NCBI GenBank assembly: GCA_964016885.1
Contig: OZ024740.1
Coordinates: forward strand, 139,872,001 to 139,936,000
Source: Eledone cirrhosa
Taxonomy: Eukaryota
Direction: 5' to 3'
Length of the DNA: 64,000 nt
Shown here: positions 44,028-56,702 of the stretch, piece after piece
Layout of the letters: every line of letters starts with the position of its first letter
Position numbering within the stretch: the first letter of the stretch is position 1
Notes under the pieces: model-generated
Seen by the model: the letters and a program-made list of their open reading frames with translations, nothing else
Told to the model about the DNA's origin: nothing
The model's database searches: none
Translations under genes and position numbers: made by a program

Positions 44028-46705
44028 ATGGCCAATAAAAGAGTTGGATGTGTGAATGTACGCGGCCTGGGGATGCCCTGGAAACAGGGCAAACTCTTGA
44101 ACGACATCAGGTCGCACAGCATGGATGTAGTAGCCATTTGCGAGTCCATGATCCACAGCGAGCAACAGCTGGCCCCCATCTTCGATGACTTTGAGATCTA
44201 CGCAGCTCTCTGTCGGCCGGGGGGTGGGGGCGGGGTTGCCGTTTTGCTGCGGAAACAACTGGGCCTCGTAACACAGATGGTACATCTGGACCCGGAGGGT
44301 AGACTGGTGGTCCTAGACGTTGACGGTAGTGAAGGTGGAGCCTTCAGGATGGTGGCCGCATATGCCCCAACCGGGACACCGCGGTCAGACTTCTTCAAAC
44401 GTCTAGAGACTTTTCTGGGAACCTCCCGCTCCTTGCTTTTAGTGGGGGACTGGAATGGATTCCTAGATGCACGTTGGGTCTATGTGGGAGCATGTCCCGA
44501 TAAAGGGGGGTGTAACAGCCTCAAACAGTTAAATCTCCAGGTCTCGACGGTCTACCCTACGAATTTTACGTAGCAATGCCGGACTTATTCTCCGGTCTCC
44601 TGGAAGCGGTCTACTACATCTGGCAACAGAACGGGAGAATTCCAAGTTCTGTAACCGGGGGCGTGGTCACACTAATCAGGAAGGACGAGAATAAGGGGGA
44701 TGACATAGGCAACTTCTGGCCCATAACTCTGCTAAACACAGAGTTACAGATTTTCGCCAAGGTGTTGGCAAAGAGGCTGGCGCTTGTCGTCGAAAACCTG
44801 GTGCGAGAAGCGCAGACATGCGCAATTCCGACCAGGTCCATACAGGACAACCTCCACCTCATGCGATACATCATAGAGAGGGTAGTGTGTAAACCCGGTT
44901 TCGGTGGGGCCCTGATCAGCCTGGATCAGTCTAAGGCTTTCGATGGGGTTGACCATCGTTACCTGGATGCGGTGCTCGAGGCGGCAGGCTTCGGACCCGT
45001 GTTCAGGGGCTGGATTGCTGAAATGCACAACAGCAACATCTGCTCAAGGGTCAAGGTGAACGGCTACCTCTCAGAGCCGTTCCATATCACGCGATCCATT
45101 CGACAGGGATGCCCTCTCTCCTCCCTTCTGTACGTATTGACTCTCGAGCTACTACTGCTGAAGTTGGAGCAATTGCAGGGCATCCCTCTGGAACCGGGAC
45201 TGCTGAAAGAGGCGTCGGCCTACACTGACGACGTGACAGTAATGGTGTCGAGCGCCTCGCAAATCGAGGAAGTCGGCCCTTTACTGAAGGAATACGAAAG
45301 GTTCACAGGATCGAAGCTGAACCGGGACAAGTCCATCGGTTTGCAACTCGGAGCGTGGAGAGGCAGACCTATGCCTTCCGATGGCGTCGTCGGACGCTGG
45401 ACGGAAGGACCGGTAAAGCTGCTCGGGGTCTGGTTTGGTCCGGACCTCCAGGTGGAGAAGAACTGGAACGAGGTGACGGCCAAGGTGTTTGCACTCACCC
45501 AGAAGTGGGCCGAGTGCAAACTATCCTTGAAAGGTCGAGCGGAGGTGACGAACACTTTTATAGCGTCCGCCATCTACTACCGCTTGACCGTCGTGCCTTC
45601 TCCAGCCAAAACGCTCACCAAAACGGAGCCCGCGCTCTTCCAATTCCTTTGGAAGAGGCGGGCTCTTTTGGTGAGAAGATCCATCTGCTGCCAACACCCT
45701 TCCAACGGAGGGCTGGGGATTGCGTGGCTGACGATGCGCAAACACGCGCTCAGGCTGCAGCATCTCTACGTATTCCTCACCGGACAACCGGTGTGGGCCC
45801 CGTTCGTGAGGCGAGCCTTCCCACGACTCGTCTTGCTGACCGACCTGCAGTCTTGGGTCAAGCAAAGACCGAGGAAAATGGGCGACTGGCACATCGAATG
45901 TGCTCAGGCGCTCACAGCCCTCTGGCAGGCGGACCCGGCGATCAGTGGAGACTCCACTTCGTCACTCTATAGAGGGTTGATCCGCAGCAAGTGCGACGAC
46001 GTGTTCGGTGAAACTCTAGGCGTAGAGGAAGACGAACTGGCCAGTCTGTTCGGTAGGACCTTCCGCCCGGGACTGATGGACAACTACCAAAAGTCCCTGG
46101 CCTGGCAGTGCTACCGAGGAGCTCTACCAGTTCGTGACAAGCTCTACAGACATGGGCGCCCGGGCAGGGACCCTGTAAAAAAGATCTGTCCGAGGTGTGT
46201 GCGAGACGAAGAAACCGTCGCGCACGCATTCATACACAGCCCGGGCGTCACCGACCTGTGGGGCTATGTAGAACGACTATTGTCGCGGGTGGGACCAATC
46301 CGGTTGACCACCGAGTCCATTGTCATGATCAAACTGCCACCCTCCTTCAAAAACGAAGGAGAGGCGGTTTTCCTTTGTCTGATAGCTACGGCGAAAGAGG
46401 TTGTATGGTGGACAAGGTTGAAAGGGCTGAGGTCAGACACCTTTCTCTCCGGCCAACAACTGATCCTTTTTTTCAAATACCACTTTGGAAGAAGAATCAG
46501 GATGGAGAGAGAGGTGCTGTACCCAAGAAAATTTTATGAAAGGTGGGTGAAAGTGGCGAGAATGGCCCGAGTGAATGGGCCTACTCTCTATATCAGCCTG
46601 CAGGTGGAGGAAAATGAGGAGGTGAGGAAAGCAGTACAAACTCTTCGTACTCCTGGATATGAGGGCTGCACATTTTTTTCGGGGGTATGTGTTACCCATA
46701 TGTAA
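44028..46705 (+). pseudogene. LINE ORF2 (APE endonuclease + RT + C-terminal Cys motif) with internal deletion
   Basis: APE motifs NVRGL, GGGVAVL, AYAPT, VGDWN. RT motifs PITLLNTE..FAKVLAKRL, LDQSKAFDGVDH, IRQGCPLS, YTDD. C-terminal CPRC..ETVAH. The end of APE and the linker are missing near 44540-44575. Confidence 0.92.
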
Positions 46706-46856
46706 TGTCTCCCCTTATTGGGGAAAATCGACTAATTTTTAAATTGCATTTGTGATAAGATTTTACACGTTTTTATTGTATGTAAACTTCCCCCTTTGTA
46801 TTTGTCCCCTTCTTTTGTGCCCCTGTGCCTAATAAAGAAACATATATATCTATCTA

Positions 46857-46933
<77 letters not shown>

Positions 46934-46937
<4 letters not shown>

Positions 46938-47286
46938 CAATTTAGAAATTAAAAATTAAAAAATATATGATCAACACTACTGTGCTTTTTTTGCAAAATG
47001 ACAATAATTTTTTAGCCAGATAGAAATACCTTAATTCAAGTACATATAGTCCGTCTGTAACGATCTAGAGAATTTTAAATATTAAATCTATACTTACAGA
47101 CGTAAAATGGCATTTTACGTCTGTAAGTATAGATTTAATATTTAAAATTCTCTAGATCGTTACAGACGGACTATATGTACTTGAATTAAGGTATTTCTAT
47201 CTGGTTAAAAAATTATTGTCATTTTGCAAAAAAAGCACAGTAGTGTTGATCATATATTTTTTAATTTTTAATTTCTAAATTGTAAT
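46934..47286. repeat. Near-perfect ~353 bp palindrome
   Basis: Arms of ~176 bp are centred on aaaatg-g-catttt (~47110). I saw only about one mismatch. (TA)n flanks both sides. Confidence 0.95.
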
Positions 47287-47298
47287 GTAATGCTCAGA

Positions 47299-47425
<127 letters not shown>

Positions 47426-48821
47426 GCACACATTAAGATGCTTAACGCTAAAAAGATACATAACAACACCAAAACACAAATTTATAACAATAACAATACA
47501 ATCACCATTGAACACAACAGAATATCTAATACACAACCACCCACTAATAGGCAAACAAAACCTAACAGGCATCGCAGCCCACCAATAATGCCAAAGTTGC
47601 CCATGACAAGAATTGTAACTGCCACCTACCTGAAACCTGTCCATTACATAATGAATGTATGCAGTCTAACCTGGTTTACCAATGCACAGTGGAATCAGAC
47701 AACCAGAAATGGTATTACATCGGAGCGACTGGGAATACATTTAAAGCCAGTTGGTATACACTCCGTTACTCAATGAAACATTCCCAGCATCGTTATGTAA
47801 CTACCCTTGCAAACAAGACCTGGCAACTGAGGGAAAGTAACCATCAATACACCCTGAAGTGGAAAAAATTATCGAACGCGCCCCCATATCGGAGTGGTAT
47901 GAGAAGTTGTCAATTATGTGACCTTCAGCTGTTCCACATTTTGAGTTCGAAGAAGAAGTTACTCAACAATAAAATCGAAAGATCAATTTATTGTAACCAT
48001 AGACTCAAAGAAAAGTTTTCGCACTACAAGTGCAAATCGAATCCTTAACCTCTTACTACCAACTAACAAACTGCATATACTTAGACTTTATACCCTCTTA
48101 TTGTATCTAACCCCTTTAATTACCCACAAAACCAATACCTATATCCCTCCCTCCTCCTTCATTCCTCTCCTATTTCTTCGTTTTCTTCCTTTCTTCCCTC
48201 CCCTTTTTGGCTATCTTTTCTTTTCTTCTTTATCCCCTCTTCTTTGCTTTTATTTTTGTCATTATTATCTTTATCTTTATTTTTTTATATATATATTTAT
48301 CGCTTTATATTCCCCCCTCCCCTCTCTCTCCATCCCTCCCACTATGATCAATTTAATTCTCTTTATCTCACTACAATCGACGACATGAAGTCTACGTATC
48401 AAAACTGATCAAGGAATCCTTCCACCTCTACCCCTTCCTCCATCTCAGTTTGTCACTCTACTTCCTAACTCTCCTCCCCCTCTCTCTCTATACTATTCCG
48501 TTTGTCCCCTCACCTTCTAATTCCTCTTCCTCTCTCTCTATACTAGTAAATACAATTCCCCAAAAATGTTTTTCTCTATATATTAAGAACTATTTCAAGA
48601 GTAACTTACTCACTATTTTGAAAATTTGGACGTGAACAACAATTATAATTGAGTGGCTGCTGTTTGCAGTATAGCAATATAAGGTTGCACTTACCAATGA
48701 AACGGTCGTAAATACCTGGATAAAATCCTTCTCTTAATGCTTACCTGTGTTTTCTCTTTTATAATATATATATATTATGGAATACTGTTGGCTTCTTGCT
48801 ACAATACTTTCTATACCTTTC

Positions 48822-48825
<4 letters not shown>
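47426..48825 (+). mobile_element. 5'-truncated PLE, Hydra-clade-like (linker + GIY-YIG + 3' UTR)
   Basis: 47614-48048 reads CNCHLPETCPLHNECMQSNLVYQCTV...YYIGATGNTFK...LKWKKL...CQLC...LLN...CNH. The CxCx5Cx5C linker, KW motif and terminal CxxC..CxH match my recollection of the Hydra PLE clade. The element ends at (TA)n. Confidence 0.8.
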
Positions 48826-48867
<42 letters not shown>

Positions 48868-48892
48868 GCACACATACACACTCACACATATA

Positions 48893-49028
<136 letters not shown>

Positions 49029-49464
49029 CCTATCTATCTGCCCTACAGCCCTTAACCAACAAGGTGAATTAGTGCAAATATCTCTCATTATCAGTTGGCT
49101 ATAATCTTTAATGGGACCTATATGCGGTACAGTTACATCCATAAATATATACATACATACATAAACACATACATACATGCATACATACATAACTACATAC
49201 ATACATAAATACATACATGCATACTTACATAACTACATACATACATGCATACATGCATACATACATACATACATACATACATACATACATACATACATAC
49301 ATACAAACATACATACATGCATACATACATGCATACATACAAACATACACGCATACATACATGCATAAACACATACATACATAGATATTTACATATTTAC
49401 AAACATTCAAACATACATACATATACGCGTCCACACACTCACAAACCCGCATGTGTGTGTGTGC

Positions 49465-49508
<44 letters not shown>

Positions 49509-49619
49509 GCGCGCGTGTGTGTGTGTGTGTGTGTGTGTTATTTGGGATATACATTATCCAAAAATGATTTGTGTTCCAGTTGTTCAAACAAGGGAATAGC
49601 CTGATCGTGAAATTAATGT

Positions 49620-49815
49620 ACAAAGGCTGAGCTTTCCACAGATATGTGTATCCTTAATGTAGTTCTCTGTGAGATTCGTGGTGACAGAGTGTGTGACGAG
49701 GCTGTCCTATTTGAAATATAGTCAGAGTTGACTGGAGCAACGTGAAATAAAGTATTTTGCTCAAAGACACAATGCACTTTACGACCGCGAGCAGAATACA
49801 CGAACCACTAAGCCA
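49620..49815 (-). mobile_element. Third SINE family; related copies at ~7805-8050 (+) and 29020-29190 (-)
   Basis: A-box tggcttagtggtt head plus shared tatttcacgttgctccagt and gagaactacattaagg segments. Confidence 0.6.
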
Positions 49816-50460
49816 TGCGTCATCATGTGTGGCTGTATGTGCATTTATATAGGTTGTCGAAACCGTGTTTCTCAGTATATGTCTACTTCTATCACAGCGG
49901 TCACCATCCCATGCTCTACGCATTCCTAGGAGCTCGCAAAGATCATAATACCTTTTCGCGGGCTGTTCTCAACATTTTAAAGGGCTGTACTTTAAATATA
50001 ATTACCGAATATAAGGTTGATTAATATATATTTTCAAACTTCCAAAACCGTATCCATAGCTGCAGGAATTCTTTCAGGTGTATTTTTAAACTGTTGATTT
50101 TAAATATGTAATCTTTCATTTTTTTAATGTCCCTGGCAAATTTCATTTAAATGAAAGCAGTATATTTTATACAATGTAATTTACTATTGAGTGTAATAAT
50201 TATTGTTTTGTTATATCTAAAATAATTTTCGTCCCTCAAAATGTTTCGCTCTCATTGTTTTATGGATCCACTACAACTCGAGTTGTTGACTCAAGTGGTC
50301 TGTCTGCCAGTAGTTCCTTGCTTCAAAACATTATTACAGTGTTTTTCTACAGAATATCTGTCTAGACATCGTCATCTTACTGTATGTATGTCTACAATTT
50401 TAATTTTTCGCCAGTCTGTTAGTCAGTCGGTCCCTCGCTGTCTCTTTCTTGATATATGTA

Positions 50461-50532
<72 letters not shown>

Positions 50533-50534
<2 letters not shown>

Positions 50535-50678
50535 CAGTGGAACTCGGTTCACGAATGCCTCTCATCACAAACAAATCAGTTTACGAACAATTTTTCCAAG
50601 CACAAAAGGTCTTGGTTGACGAACGGTGTCTCGAGTAACGAACATGCAAGCCGTCAACAACAGTTGGCGACAAGCTGG

Positions 50679-50680
<2 letters not shown>
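50533..50680. mobile_element. One end of a pogo/Tigger-like DNA transposon
   Basis: TA-CAGTGGAACTCGGTTCACGAA start with repeated subterminal ACGAAC motifs; no second TIR seen. Confidence 0.5.
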
Positions 50681-50736
<56 letters not shown>

Positions 50737-52396
50737 GGTGGTGGTGGTGGTGTTGTTTCCAACATGGAAGCCTGTTTCTATTGGAAATCTCTTCTTGGCA
50801 GCTTGATTCTTTTGAAAACATGTTTCTTTACGAAGCCGGTTCCATTTGAATACCAGTTTCCTAAGCCTGTAGCTGGATATTTAATCCTACGCTAGCCCTA
50901 CAATGTGCACATTTTTCTCCTAGTTATACACTCTATTCTCCCCGATAAAATGATTTCAACTTATATTTTGGTAAGCTGACAAACCCAATTTTTACACCTC
51001 TGCTGACCACGCAAAGGGAATTATTAAGCCTACATGTTCCACTATATAGTTCATGACAAGTCATAACAATATACGCCTTTCTTCACCGCTTTGAATATTT
51101 TGCTAGGCAGCAAAGATGCTTAACGATTTATTTATTGAACGTGAACATTTAACGATTTATTTATAAAACTGTGAACATTTAAGGTTCAGTAATGCACCTC
51201 TTCTACATAGCTGCCTGGTTGGCCTTAATGGTACTGCCAACCCTGCCTTCCTCGTTTCGAAACTTAGATATTTAGGAAGTCTGCTTTATCGGGGAGCATG
51301 TTTGTTAGTCTTAGAATCCTGTTTCATTCTGTAAAGTCTGTTTCTCTTAGTCGGCAAACTGGCAGAGCCATTAAGAAATCGAAATAAACACTTCGCTATT
51401 TTTTCAGCTTAGTGCTCTCTAAGACTGAATTCAAATCACATCAAGGTCAACTTTGCTTTTTATCCTTTCAGCGTCAACAAAATTAATCACCACCTCAGGA
51501 ACGGTGGATTGGTGGAATTGTTAATGAATCAGTGTCAAATGCGACTCGGTGCTTTCTGAGTTCAAATCTCATCGAGGTCAACTTTGATTTTCATCTCCGA
51601 TAAATATAGTTCTAGTTCAGAGGCGGTGAATTGACGAATTTTTTAAATGCCGGATAAGATGATTTTTCTGTATCTCCTCCAGCCCTGAGCCGTTCTGAGT
51701 TCAAATACCGCCTCCTTCTACTAGCTGATGTAACCTATAACCAGTATCAATAATATACATAGATTTCCCTAGTTTGATTTGAAGAACAGCTCTTTTCCTT
51801 TCCTTTTTTTTTAATTTAGAAATTTGGATATTTTGAAAAGTTGTATCAACTGGGGACCTGTTACTTTTAGAAGTCTGCTTTCTACAGAAACCTTTTTCCG
51901 GTTGAAAGGCAGTATGTTTTTGGAAGTAATGTACTCCTTTTAAAATCCTGTTTTATTTTGTACATCCTGTTCCTCTTAGATGGCGATTTGACCGAGTCGT
52001 TAGGACGTCAGATAAAACGCTTCATTATTTGTTCCGAGTCTCAGCAGAGTGCAGAGAGTCAGAGTAAATAATGAGGCGTTTAAATTCCGCCGAGGTCATC
52101 TTTGCCTTTCGTCCTTTCGCAGTTGATAAAAATAAGCACCAGTTTAGGAGCGGTGGATTGGCAAAATTGTTAATACGTCAGTATCTGATCCGACTCTCTC
52201 TGCCAGGAATTGTGACTGGCAGATAGTATCAGTATTGTGAAAACCAATGGGAACATTGTTTCCTTGGTATGGTCTGATGATTGGCTCCTTTTTTTTTCTC
52301 TCTCTTTGAAATTTTATTTATTTTTTTATTTATCTATCTATTTATTTATTACCCTGTTTCATTTCGAAGCGTGCTCATTTTAGAAATGTGTAAGAA

Positions 52397-52435
<39 letters not shown>

Positions 52436-52725
52436 AAATTTAGTACAGCATCAACGAAGCCAAGGTTGCAGCCAAGCTAACGAATGCAGTCTCGGTGAGC
52501 AGCTAAGCACTCAATAGGGTATATTGCCCTAGAGTTATAACATTACGTTTAGACAGCTTTGCAAATTGAAGACAGCGACCGATAGACGGACCGCAGTGAC
52601 CATAGCGACGAAAAAAACTGAACTCAGGATAAAAATTTGACTAACCTGGACCATCGCGTCGACATCATATAATATACATCACATATAATATATAATATCT
52701 CCGCTAGGTTTCTGTAAATCCGAAA

Positions 52726-52847
<122 letters not shown>

Positions 52848-53131
52848 GTGCGTGTGTGCGTGTGTGTTTGTGTGTGTGTATATATATATATATATAACCT
52901 TCTATTGTCATCTTTGATAACATTGTTTAATTATTCATCAAAATCCTTCGCATTCTCTTCTTATTTAGTTTTCTCCCTCTTATTTCGTTGTTTTTTTCTT
53001 TTTTATTTCTTTGTTTCCCTTCTAGTTTCTTTCTTATTTCAATTTTTATTTATCTATATGTCTGTCTGTATGTATGTGTGTATGTATGTATGTATGTATG
53101 TATGTATGTATGTATGTATGTATGCACGTAT

Positions 53132-53719
53132 GTAACATGTATCCCAGTACAACCTGTCTAATCGTCGGGTCGTTGGCGACTAAACTGGCAACCCCACCAA
53201 GGCTTCTTGGTGAGGAGGGTGACTTTGGACATCCTGCAGGACTAAAAACAAAACCTGTCAAAGGGCAAAGGAGCTCTTAAGAGTCAATGGCCATCCAAAA
53301 TCACCGGGAGAGATGACCCCTTAGCCTTTGTCAAGGCAGAATTCTAGGAGAAGGAAATCTCTGATATAACACCTGCAACCCTGATGGTATCCAATGATGT
53401 TGACTTGTTCTTCTTTTTGGTAAAAATCATCTTGGTTAAGAGAGTGGGACTGGCTTTGTGCAGTGCCTTTGCTGACTATAAAAGCTTCACCGCACAGGCA
53501 TTACTTTATATCTGGAGATCTCTCTGCACTTGTCATCACATGGTACCATAGGCCCAGCACAAGTGTCAATAGCACTATGTGTCACAAGTGTAGTGTTTGT
53601 ACCAGAGTTTTCAAGTCACTGGCTGGACTAAAAAGTCACACTTGTTCAGCGCATCGGTAGGGGTTCTCCTACATGGATATAAAGTAGTGGCCGTACTCGA
53701 AAACGAGTTGGCAGCCACC
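53132..53719 (+). mobile_element. ~610 bp non-autonomous retroelement, copy 2 (lacks ~25 nt of the 5' end)
   Basis: Homology to copies 1 and 3; (TATG)n on both sides. Confidence 0.8.
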
Positions 53720-53737
53720 ATGCACGTATGTATGTAT

Positions 53738-54345
53738 GTCAGGTCACCAATTGGTGCTACTGGTAACATGTATCCCAGTACAACCTGTCTAATCGTCGGG
53801 TCGTTAGCGACTAAACTGGCAACCCCACCAAGGCTTCTTGGTGAGGAGGGTGACTTTGGACATCCTGCAGGACTAAAAACAAAACCTGTCAAAGGGCAAA
53901 GGACTTCTTAAGAGTCAATGGCCATCCAAAATCACCGGGAGAGATGACCCCTTAGCCTTTGTCAAGGCAGAATTCTAGGAGAAGGAAATCTCTGATATAA
54001 CACCTGCAACTCTGATGGTATCCAATGATGTTGACTTGTTCTTCTTTTTGGTAAATATCATCTTTGTTAAGAGAGTGGGACTGGCTTTGTGCAGTGCCTT
54101 TGCTCACTATAAAAGCTTCTCGGCACAGGCATTGCTTTATATCTGGAGATCTCTCTGTACCTGTCGTCACACGGTACCACGGGCCCAGCACTATGTGTCA
54201 ATAATTGTCACAAGTGTAGTATTTGTACCAGAGTTTTCAAGTAGCTGGCTGAACTAAAAAGTCACACATGTTCAGCGCATCGATAGGGGTTCTCCTACAT
54301 GGATATAAAGTAGTGGCCGTACTCGAAAACGGGTTGGCAGCCACC
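53738..54345 (+). mobile_element. ~610 bp non-autonomous retroelement, copy 3 (tandem with copy 2)
   Basis: Starts GTCAGGTCACC and ends GGCAGCCACC, followed by ATGT repeats. Confidence 0.8.
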
Positions 54346-54448
54346 ATGTATGTATATGTATGTCTATTTATCTAACTACCTATCTATCTAAAGTGATCAA
54401 GAGGAAATATTTAACTTAGCTTCAACACTGTCTGTTTTTATGCGTATG

Positions 54449-54485
<37 letters not shown>

Positions 54486-54763
54486 ATGTGTGTGTGTGTG
54501 GGTGGGTGTGTGTGTGGGTGTGTTTTAGCTATTTACGATCGTATAAATCGATAAGTTAGAACTATATAACCGACATGTACGTCTGATGAGTAATATGAAT
54601 ATGTATGCATATCTTTGAACTGTACATGGGCCTGTGTATGTTTCCTCTTTCACATGTATATGTATGTATGTAGTTGTGTATACTACCGTATGCACACGTA
54701 CATGTATGTTTGTATGCGTTTGTATGTATGTTATCGTGTGTGTGCGCCAGCACGTGTGTGTGT

Positions 54764-54794
<31 letters not shown>

Positions 54795-55354
54795 CGTGCA
54801 TGTGTGCGTGTGTGTGTGTGGCAAACGTGTCAGAACATTAAAATCAGCCTGACCATACTCCTCCTACTATAATCTGCCGCCACTTTCTTCTACTCCATCG
54901 TCACCATCATCTTCACCAAACACAATAACGCAATAAGCACCATCAGGTACAACCTCCACCTCCTTCACCGCTGTCCACACTCCACCTCCCACCAAAAGCC
55001 CTACCACATCCTCCTACCACTGCAACCTCCCCCACTCATCATTAACCTACAGCTACTCCATCGTCGCCAAGACGTCAAAAACTCACAAAAGACGGCCGCT
55101 TCTTGTATTTTCGATCAACAACCTTTTCCTCATCCTCCGTCTCCCTGCTTTCAATTCGATTGTCTCCTCCCTCCCCTTCTTTTTTCCTCCTTCACATCAC
55201 CTGTCTTATACTCCTACTCTCTCCCTTCGTCATCATCACTACTGTTGACCGTCATTGTTTTCCTTTATTGTCTATCATTCTCTTTCCCACGCACCCACTC
55301 CTCTCACACGTTTTGACTCTTGCTAAAATAATTGTCAATGTAAGTTGATGATGG

Positions 55355-56345
55355 TGACGGTGGTGCTGTTGGTGGTGGTGTTGCTGGTGGCGGTGGTGGT
55401 GTTGCTTGTCGTGATGATGATGGTGGTGCTGGTGGTGGTGATGTTGTTATTGTTGGATGTGGTGGTGCTGTTGGTGGTGGTGTTGCTGGTGGCGGTGGTG
55501 GTGTTGCTTGTCGTGATGATGATGGTGGTGCTGGTGGTGGTGATGTTGTTATTGTTGGATGTGGTGGTGCTGTTGGTGGTGGTGTTGCTGGTGGCGGTGG
55601 TGGTGTTGCTTGTCGTGATGATGATGGTGGTGCTGGTGGTGGTGATGTTGTTATTGTTGGATGTGGTGGTGCTGTTGGTGGTGGTGTTGCTGGTGGTGGT
55701 GGTGGTGTTGCTTGTCGTGATGATGATGGTGGTGCTGCTGGTGGTGATGTTGTTATTGTTGGATGTGGTGGTGCTGTTGGTGGTGGTGTTGCTGGTGGTG
55801 GTGGTGGTGTTGCTTGTCGTGATGATGATGGTGGTGGTGTTGGAGGTGATGTTGTTATTGTTGGATGTGGTGGTGTTCGTGCTGAGGGTGTTAGTGGCGG
55901 TGTTGCTGGTGGTGGTGTTGCTTGTCGTGATGATGGTGGTGGTGCTGGTGGTGGTGATGTTGTTATTGTTGGATGTGGTGGTGTTCGTGGTGAGGGTGTT
56001 AGTGGCGGTGTTGCTGGTGGTGGTGTTGCTTGTCGTGATGATGGTGGTGGTGCTGCTGGTGGTGATGTTGTTATTGTTGGATGTGGTGGTGTTCGTGGTG
56101 AGGGTGTTAGTGGCGGTGTTGCTGGTGGTGGTGTTGCTTGTCGTGATGATGGTGGTGGTGCTGCTGGTGGTGATGTTGTTATTGTTGGATGTGGTGGTGT
56201 TCGTGGTGAGGGTGTTAGCGGCGGTGTTGCTGGTGGTGGTGTTGCTTGTCGTGATGATGGTGGTGGTGCTGCTGGTGGTGATGTTGTTATTGTTGGATGT
56301 GGTGGTGTTCGTGGTGAGGGTGTTAGCGGCGGTGTTGCTAGTGGT
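55355..56345. repeat. Higher-order GGT-derived satellite: 102-bp units switching to 108-bp units
   Basis: Anchor ATGTTGTTATTGTTGGATGTG at 55441, 55543, 55645, 55747, 55849 (102 bp) then 55957, 56065, 56173, 56281 (108 bp). Confidence 0.95.
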
Positions 56346-56574
56346 GGTGTTGCTAGTGGTGGTGGTTGTGGTGGTGGTGGTAGTTGTGGTAGTGATGGTG
56401 GTGGTCGTCGTCGTCGTCATCGTGATGATAATTATACTTGTGGTGATGCTGTTGTTATTGGCGGCGGTGCTAGTATTCTTGTTGTTGTTGGTGTTGGTGT
56501 TGGTGTTGGTGTTGGTAATGCTAGTTGTGGTGAACGTGTTGGTGGTGCTGCTAGTTATGATGATGTTGCTGGTG

Positions 56575-56606
<32 letters not shown>

Positions 56607-56671
56607 GGTGTTGGTAATGCTGGTCGTGGTGAACGTGTTGGTAGTGCTGCTAGTTATGATGATGTTGCTGG

Positions 56672-56702
<31 letters not shown>

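Larger units (their letters stand above)
42248..46840 (+). mobile_element. L1/Tx1-type non-LTR retrotransposon, near full length but disrupted
   Basis: Two-ORF layout, GC-rich relative to flanks. AATAAA at 46831 is followed by TA/TC microsatellite. The exact 5' boundary is not resolved. Confidence 0.92.

Noticed and set aside
44614-46699. Antisense and alternative-frame ORFs overlapping the LINE
   Set aside because: Shadow ORFs of GC-rich RT coding sequence.
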